NCBI RefSeq assembly: GCF_963676685.1
Contig: NC_092346.1
Coordinates: forward strand, 25,668,001 to 25,732,000
Source of the DNA: Mytilus edulis
Taxonomy: Eukaryota
Direction of reading: 5' to 3'
Length of the DNA stretch: 64,000 bases
Shown piece after piece: positions 48,015 through 56,900 of the stretch; the stretch's first letter is position 1, and every line of letters starts with the position of its first letter. The notes under the pieces were generated by a model that was not told the DNA's origin, did not search any database, and saw only the letters and a list, made by a program, of their open reading frames with translations. The position numbers were made by a program, and so were the translations under genes.

Positions 48015-49772
48015 TTGACAAAAATGCTAATTTTTATTAAAAATGATTTTTTGGCAAACTAGGCGGTACTATGGAAAGCGGCATAACTCTTTGTTCTTTT
48101 TTGGTAGAAACGCAAACACCAAGTTATTCCTTCCCCTGATCATGTTATATGATCTCAGAAGGCGCTTCAGTTGCAGTTAGAAGTGGCAGGAAAATTTTGG
48201 AACTAAAAATTATACCCACCATCCCTCCCTGGATAGCTAATTCGGATTTTGTCATGATGTTTGAACCAATTTAAATTGAAATATTTTAATTTTGTTTAAT
48301 AATGAATATTGTGTATTCATGTTTTATTTGGTTTAACAATATGTCAGTGTTTATATTCGAATGTAACACCATCTCTGATGGGCGAATGTAACCCCATCTT
48401 TGATGGGATGGGTCAATAAGGTTTTGTCATTATAACCATATAATATGTTGTTTATAAATAAGATTTATTGATTTCATTATACATGTTTTTCATTGTGTTG
48501 CTTCTTCGTCATTTTAATAATAAATGACAGTTTTCAATTCTTAAATATTTGTTTGTTTGTCATTCTTTCATCCCATCAAACAGAGCAAGCCTGTGAGACC
48601 TTTTAGAATAAAATAACTTCATTTTAACCATATCTATATTCAATATACATGTACTATCTCTGGGTCAATATGCCAATGTTCACTGCTTAATAGATGAGCT
48701 CTTTTTTCTAAAGGCCTCTAAATATTATGTGAAAATTTAATGTTAAATCATGGCTAATTAACTTTCAAATAAAAGTGGTTCAAATGCATTTAATTTTTTC
48801 TATTTCTTCTATTTTTTTTATATTAAGCAACATTACTTGTAAAAATTAACTGAAGTTAACGTCAATATCAAAACTGCTTTGTTTTGTAAGAAGTTGCCTA
48901 CTTTTACAAAAAGAAATAATGCTGATTGGTAGACCTTTGTTGTGATCCCTACACATTAGTTTCGTCCTTGCTTCTAATAGATATAACTAATGTATTGTTG
49001 ATGGGGATTGCCACTTTTCGTGCCGATGGTCGGTGGTTCCTTGGGCACTTCGTGGGCCAAAACCAATAAAAACTGATCGCCGCTGAATACTTTAGTAGCA
49101 AAAAGAACAGCACTGAACATGTTATTTCGAATTGCTAGATTGTCCATCTAAAAAAATAATGTAAATAAATCTAATTGTAAAAGTCTTAATTTATTTACAA
49201 GAATTTCGTTGTTTGATAGGATTAAATACCTTTAATAGACATAAAAAACATTTCAATGGCTAGCTTATGATAATTTTCACTTCCTTAGTTAATGCAAGAT
49301 GCAGTATAAGCAACTAAGAAATTTAAGAAAACATATAAATATTTGAATATTGAAAAATTAATATATCAAGGTTTTGCTCCAAAACTTGCCCCTAAAAGCA
49401 TGAATGACCTGTGTATTCTGTTTTTAACATTTTTGCACTGTTAAGATTTGTGTTTTTCAACTTAATATCGACTACATATATTTTTTTTTATCAAAGAATA
49501 GCTAAAAGCTATCTTTTTGCAGATGGCGATTTTTTGGGGGGCACCTGCATGGTTGTTGTTTAATTAACAAGAAGCGTAATTACAGTAAACTTATTATGTC
49601 AAAAACATCCTTAGCTCTAATTAAAGTATGTTATTTGGTTTTATGGTGAATTACAATTGAATCACAAGCACAAATTTTGGTTTTCATGCATTTTTGTCAT
49701 TTTCAATGGAATTTCTGGAAAACGGCCCTATTTATTAAAAATCCGACATTAATTTTCCAAAGGGCTTTTGAT

Positions 49773-51538
49773 AAAAGAGGAACGAAAGATACCAGAGGGA
49801 CAGTCAAACTCATAAATCGAAATAAACTGACAACGCCATGAGTAAATATGAAAAGGACAAACAGACAAACAATGGTACACATGACACAACATAGAAAACT
49901 AAAGAATCAACAACACGAACCACACTAAAAACTAAGGGTGATCTTAGGTGCTCCGGAAGGGTAAGCAGATCCTGCTCCACATGTGGCACCCGTCGTGTTG
50001 CTAATGTGATTAAAAATCCGGTAAATAGTCTAATTCGGTAGGTAACATTTATGAAAGGGAAGGGGATTGTAGTTATGACGTAAGGAACACATCCGATATC
50101 TTTTGTGAAACGGTTATTCCATAACCGTCAACCAACTCGTGATGGCGTCCTTAAAATTTACGAAGAGATGATTGCAACTTAATAATTTGGAACTCTTGAT
50201 TTTATAGCTTCCTTGTTAGCAACAACCCTCTATCAAGAAAATCATGATAGGAAATGCAAGCACGGGAATATCGTATCAATTGGGAGATATATTCACCCTA
50301 TTCAGGTGCTGCTGGAATATTGCTACTTAGAAATGGAAAGTTCACAATTGGAAAGCTGAAATCATCTCTTTTGTCGTACAGTTTTGTTTTCAATCGAACC
50401 TCATTGTCAATTTCTAGATGTAAGTCAAGATATGAGGCCGACTTAACTGTATCTGTTGTATCCTTTATCTCTACTTCAATGGGACAGATACGATCGACAT
50501 AGTCACCAAATATTGAATTGTTTAGTGAAAGAACATCATCTATATAGCGGAAAGTAGAGTTAAAGGATATTGCTAACTTTTTGTCTTTCTTCCTCTTGTC
50601 TTTCTTCCTAAGAAGTTCCTATATGAAGTCAGCCTCATAATGATAAAGAAACAAGTCAGCAAGAAGAGGGGCATAATTCGTTCCCATTGGAATGCCGATA
50701 GTCTGTTGTAAAACACGTCCTCCGAACGTAACAAATATGTTGTCAATCAAGAAATCAAGCATCTTGATAATGTCAGTTTCACAGAATTTTTGTTTGAATC
50801 AGAGTGATCCTTTACAAAGTAAGATTTATCCTTTCCCAAGACAAGATACTTGTACCTTCGTCGGCCATTCTTTTTGATGAAACAAAGCAATACCAACTCT
50901 TTCAATTTGTCTTTTAATTTGGAATGTGGAATACTTGTATAAAGTTTAGAAAAGTCAAATGTGTTAATACTATTACAAAATGAACTCATCATAGATACCA
51001 GGACTAAATTTTGTATATACGCCAGACGCACGTTTCGTCTACAAAAGACTCACCAGTTACGTTCGAATCCAAAAAAGTCAAAAAGGCCAAATAAAGTACG
51101 AAGTTGAAGAGCATTGAGGACCAACGAGAGTTAGATTGCATATACTCTAAAAGATCTTTGGAATCTTTAAGTATTCACATCTGATTCACGCCACCTCTAG
51201 AATAGGCATTTTCACAAGAACTTTGAAGCCCGTCTGTGATTGCTGACAAAATATATGTTAATAATTTAGAAAAAGGTTTCGTGGAGCACTTGGAAGACCC
51301 AGCAATATACCTTTGTTTGTAAGGACACTTATGCAGTTTTGGTATCCAATACAGTGATGGAAGATCCAGTTCATTATCTTTTGTTGAAATTCCAAAGGAA
51401 CATAGAACAGACCTATGATTATCCAGGATTTCCTCTTTGGTAAGTGTCGTGAGGGTATATGTTGGGTTTCCAAGTGAATTGTCAATACCCAATTCGTTTA
51501 TCAAGCAGTTAATGTAATGGGTTTTACACACAAACACG
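49773..51538 (-). mobile_element. 5'-truncated, decayed Penelope-like retroelement, Naiad-type RT with structured 3' end
   Basis: LPSLYWIPKLHKCPYKQRYIAGSSKCSTKP, TFDFSKLYTSIPH, GIPMGTNYAPLLADLFL, FRYIDDVLSLNN, SASYLDL across stops and frameshifts; no endonuclease 3' of the RT. The clade call rests on motif recall. Confidence 0.8.
50982..51124 (-). mobile_element. Retrozyme fragment inserted in the PLE RT ORF; hammerhead at 51020-51061 with a CUGGUGA mutation
   Basis: Near-identical to 2160-2285; interrupts ...EYMQSNS | CNSINTFDFS. Confidence 0.85.
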
Positions 51539-52416
51539 CTACTATTAATATCTGTTCTTACAGATCCCTATGTCCACACAAAATAGTATTCAAAAGACAG
51601 AATATGCAAAAATGCTGACTTCCTGTAAAATTAGAAGTTGTCTGTCCTTGACTTTTCGTAGTGATTTAACAGAAACTGCACCGTTCGAATTTTTGACGAC
51701 CGGGCAAAAACGATAGTACAGATGTTGTGCTTTCGAATGGTATATGATTTCGCCGTATGTTAGGTAGGTGCATTAAAAATAGAATTTCATGGATAATGTC
51801 ACTCATCTATAGTACAGAGATCTGATACTAAGGTAAACTTTGTAACCTGTACATTGTGTTTAGATTAATGTAAGAATAATATCCCGGTCAGTTGACTTAT
51901 GAATGTTATAGTTATCGTATTCAGATTATGATATGGAATTGGTTATGATATAGAATTCAAGTAAACGGTTCCATGCATGAACCATATACCACATATACGG
52001 TAAGGAGTGTGTACATGTTTTAGTTTGTGCTTGTCTTGTTCAGTTTGTAACTGTATAGTGTTATAGTATTATATGTAATTTTACCTGAAACTGCATGGAA
52101 TTACATTTATATGAATATGTCGTAACACTAACTTTGAGATTGCTAGTGATTTATATTACTTTATAGCACATGATTATGAGACGTTATGAGTGAATTTAAA
52201 TTTAAATATAAGATTGTGAAGTAATTGCATTGGAATATATTTGATTTATTCCCCTTTGTCTATAATTCTGTTTTATGTTGTCATGTGTTGTTTATGATTG
52301 TTATATATGTTGTAGGGTTTAATAATATTTGCAATCAGTGTGAATAAAATCCCTTAAGAACCCTATCTAGTCTATTGTACTTATTGAGCCTTTTGGACCT
52401 GCTATATTTTGATAGG

Positions 52417-52966
52417 TTTAACACGTTCTGATATGTGTGTCATTTACTCTCACTGTTTGTGTCACTTTATTTTAACACGTTCTGGTGTGTGTGTCATTTA
52501 CTTTCAATGTTTGTGTCACTGTATTTTTAACACGTTCTGGTGTGTGTGTCATTTACTTTCACTGTTTGTGTTTCTGTATTTTAACACGTTCAAGTGTGTG
52601 TGTCATTTACTTTCACTGTTTGTGTAACTTCATTTGAACACGTTCTGGTGTGTATGTCATTTACTTTCACTGTGTGTGTCACTGTATTTTAACACGTTCT
52701 GGTGTGTGTGTCATTTACTTTCACTGTTTCTGTCACTGTATTTTAACACGTTCTGCTGTGTGTGTCATTTACTTTCACTGTGTGTGTCACTGTATTTTAA
52801 CACGTTCTGGTGTGTGTGTCATTTACTTTCACTGTTTGTGTCACTGTATTTTAACACGTTCTGGTGTGTGTGTGATTTACTTTCACTGTTTGTGTCACTG
52901 TATTTTAACACCTTCTGGTGTGTGTGTGATTTACTTTTACTGTTTATGTCACTTTATTTTAACACT
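52417..52966. repeat. 54-bp minisatellite, ~10 copies
   Basis: Unit ttttaacacgttctggtgtgtgtgtcatttactttcactgtttgtgtcactgta. Confidence 0.95.
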
Positions 52967-53986
52967 TAACTATTTTTTTTTACTGTGACTTGACTGTAAG
53001 TATTGCTCTCAACTCATTATAGTTTATTCAAAATTCTGAACAAATTGCAATTTGATTTATCAAACTAAACTGTTCAACTGGTCAGAAATTTAAACGAACT
53101 GCTGTAGAAAAACACCGTCAAGTCGTGAATATGCAAGGTGATAAAATAAACTTACGACGACAATCTTGATTGTAAAATATAATGATTTTCCTATAATTTG
53201 CAAGAACATTTAGTCGTGTGTTATCCGTTAACTTAAACTCCGTAACTAGAGGAATGCATGAACACTGGACACCCTACTATTAGTTGTCCCTTACAATTAA
53301 GAGCATTCGTAGGTCTGTTAACAATCAAACAATTCTAAACTTGAAAAGTTATCAAAGTACCCCGATGCCAATAGATATACATATATATAATGATTAAAAA
53401 CGACAAAAAATGGAGAAGTCAACTGTTTTATTTAAATAAGCTGGACAGTTTTACAAGATACAAATCATTCATTCTCTCAAATTTATACTATTGTCCAATA
53501 ATTTGGTACAGCTATAGCAAAAATATTTTTTGAAGATTGAAAACAATTAGTTCTTAGCTTCATGTTTGATAATAATAGTTTTTACGAGAAAAAAAAGGTA
53601 ATAACATGTATTTCCATTGAAAAATTAAGAATAATTAATACAAGTCCAACTTATTTTTATAATTTGTTGACATGCAACTGCAGAACTATTATTTTAGATC
53701 ACCGGAAACAATCACAACTAGGAGTCAAAACTAACAAGTATGGTTTTAATGCTGCACATATGGCTAGAGCTTTCTAGGCAGAATCGGTAAAGGTACTTGA
53801 TGAAACTGAAAGCAAAAATCACTGTTAAGATGATCATAGTTACATGTGTATGTAAGTGCTCACAACAACCCAATGCACCTGTACGAAACATTTCGATGCA
53901 GTATAAATTTGATATTACATTTAAAATAAGAAAATTCAAGAATAACTAAAAGCGGTGAAAGATGAGAAAGGTTTAAACTTGTTTCT

Positions 53987-56900
53987 TTAAATTTCTGTGC
54001 ATGTTGACTGTTTGTCGGTAGTCGATTCTTTGATATCGTGTGTATTACTTGAAGAATCCATTCCGTCATGTTTCCTTCGTACAATAATAATAAATACTAT
54101 TCCATTAAGTACACCTCCTAAATTTGAGAACGTTGTCACGAAATGGAACAAGATTTGTGGAACATCAGTTTCCCACTGCCATATACCGTACGTTGCCATG
54201 GCCCACCACTGTACAAGAAAAGCGGTAACGAATAGAGACATGGTTTTCGCAGCTCTGTGCGATGCTTCCAAACTTTTATGCGGGTTTTTTATGGCCTTTA
54301 CTTCCTTATAGATACGAAACCAGCTAATGATGTAAAGAATTATATTGGTCATTGTTATGACAGAAAGAAAAATGGTTGTAAATATAAAGTTGGCTACATG
54401 TCCATTGACACCATCGAAGAAACAACTGAAAAGAAAAAAGTGAATATTATTTAAAAGTAGAAATAATTGAGAAAACATATATATGTTGTAGAGTTGTCAC
54501 TGACTCAGACGTACTTATGAATATAATTATTTTCTGTGACTGTATATTACATTAATTTGTAGGATCCTTTACTATAGATAATTTAGCTGATCTGTAACAA
54601 TAACATCTTCATGCCTTATATATCATGTACTGTAGTACGCCGCTAGATTAAAACTGACGTGGAAAGGTAACACATGCCCACCGAAAGCTCTTTTTTTGAG
54701 AGCCCAGGTGGTCGTGTGGTCTAGCGGGACGGCTGCAGTGCAGGCGATTTGGTGTCACGATATCACAGTAGCATGGGTTCGAATCCCGGCGAGGGAAGAA
54801 CCAAAAATTTGCGAAAGCAAATTTACAGATCTAACATTGTTGGGTTGATGTTTAGACGAGTTGTATATATACGTCAGTTTTAATCTAGCGGCGTACTACA
54901 GTACATGATATATAAGGCATGAAGATGTTATTGTTACAGATCAGCTAAATTATCTATAGTAAAGGATCCTACAAATTAATGTAAGATACAGTCACAGAAA
55001 ATAATTATATTCATAAGTACGTCTGAGTCAGTGACAACTCTACAACAGATGTATCCATCGGATCGCCATCAATGATGGTGATACATGGCTGTGTACATAA
55101 TGTATATACAACTCGTCTAAACATCAACCCAACAATGTTAGATCTGTAAATTTGCTTTCGCAAATTTTTGGTTCTTCCCTCGCCGGGATTCGAACCCATG
55201 CTACTGTGATATCGTGACACCAAATCGCCTGCACTGCAGCCGTCCCGCTAGACCACACGACCACCTGGGCTCTCAAAAAAAGAGCTTTCGGTGGGCATGT
55301 GTTACCTTTTCACGTCAGTTTTAATCTAGTGGCGTACTACAGTACATGATATATAAGGCATGAAGATGTTATTGTTACAGATCAGCTAAATTATCTATAG
55401 TAAAGGATCCTACAAATTAATGTAAGATACAGTCACAGAAAATAATTATATATAATAAAAACTATAACACAAATTCCCATACGTTTCGGCCATTACGGCC
55501 TTCTTCATTGGAATAAATTACAACATTGAAACAACAATTACATTGCTTGGATACATTACGTTATAATAACTTCTATGACGTTCATTTGTCGCGTTTTTCG
55601 ATTTTTTAATATAAATATTTTTATTATCGTTCATACATTGTGTTGAGTCCGACTCAACACAATGTATGAACGCTGTCCTTCAGGTTCTAAAGTTTTTAAT
55701 TTTTTTTATCCAAAAGGCTTCTTTGGTTTTTCTGTAAGTTTCTGTCCCAAATACTGTTTCTATGGCGGTAACTTTTAAATTTGTCATTGAATGATTGTTC
55801 TGAATAAAATGGTTGGCTACTGGATCTTCTGTTTTCTGTGTTCTTATTTTTGAAAAGTTCAATAGCATTCGTTGATATGGTGTATCACCCGTTTGTCCTA
55901 CATATATAACTTTTTCACATTTTGTACAATTAATTGCATATACCACGCCTACGGTTTTACAATTTATTTGTCCCTGAATGGTATATTCTTTGCCGGTGTT
56001 GTCACAAAATACCTTGGTTTCATTTATATGTGAGCATAATGCACAATGTTTACCACATGGTCCACATCCATTAGTTTGTTTATAAAATTGTAAATTATGC
56101 TTTTTGTGCACTAAGATGTCTTTTATGTTATTATCACGTTTAAATGCCACGATAGGCGGATCGGGGAATATTTTCTTTAGTCTTTCGGATTGAAGGAGAA
56201 TTTTAAGATTTTTTCTAAGAATTGAATGTAAGCGCTTTGGAAAAAGTAATTACTAAAAGTACCCTGTTGTTTTCTTTCTTCGGTTTGTACTGTAATAGAT
56301 CTTCTCGGTTTGAATTGTCGACTTTTTTCAATTGAACTTCAGTTGACGAGTTATTAATATTGTATACATTTTTTACGGAGTTTGGATGGCTTGACGACAC
56401 ATGTAAGTACTGGTGTTTATCTGTTGATTTCGTATAAAGATCTGTTTTAAGTTGTCCGTTTTCTATGTGTACAAACACATCAAGGAATTCAATTTTTTCA
56501 GTTGAGTAACGCATTTCTGTTTTAATTCGCGGATGCAACTGTTTCACATTTCGTGAAATTCTTTTAGTTTATCTAAACCATGTTCCCATATTCCCCAGAT
56601 GTCATCAACATATCTCCAATATGAAAATGGTTGTAAATTGCTGTTTTGAAATAAATTTTCTTCCCATTGTCCGAGGTAGGTGCAAGCATAATTCATGCCT
56701 AGATGGGAACCAATAGCTGTTCCTTCGGTTTGTAAAAAGTGTTTTCCGTTGAAGCTAAAAGTATTGTTTTCAATGACTAAATCCATCATTTTAAGAACAT
56801 TTTCAGTTGGGATTGATGTGTTAGTTCGATTTTCTAGTGCTGATTTGCATGGTTCTCGCGCTTCTTTTCTTGGTACGCTTGGATATAATTTAGTTACATC

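Larger units (their letters stand above)
42151..48595 (+). mobile_element. Non-autonomous split-direct-repeat element (Ngaro/PAT-like tyrosine-recombinase retrotransposon derivative)
   Basis: A1 42151-42340 = A2 48024-48213 (190 nt); B1 47800-48014 = B2 48381-48595 (215 nt); order A1-ORFs-B1-A2-B2; no target-site duplication; encodes an SGNH hydrolase and a DIRS/Ngaro-type gag. Confidence 0.85.

Noticed and set aside
42151-48213. Conventional LTR retrotransposon with 190-bp LTRs
   Set aside because: No TG...CA ends, PBS, PPT or TSD; the second interleaved repeat pair indicates split direct repeats.
51175-51177. In-frame TGA in the Naiad-like RT as selenocysteine
   Set aside because: It falls at an expected Trp (NQMWILK), so TGG>TGA decay in an already frameshifted copy is the simpler explanation.
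52409-52988. Cys/His-rich repetitive ORFs, or a CRISPR-like array
   Set aside because: It is a 54-bp minisatellite; a unit length divisible by 3 creates the ORFs. There are no unique spacers, no cas genes, and the context is eukaryotic.
54702-54800. Functional tRNA gene (and its copy at ~55172-55270)
   Set aside because: A and B boxes are present, but the acceptor stem does not pair and no clean anticodon arm forms; it is part of a 441-bp repeat.
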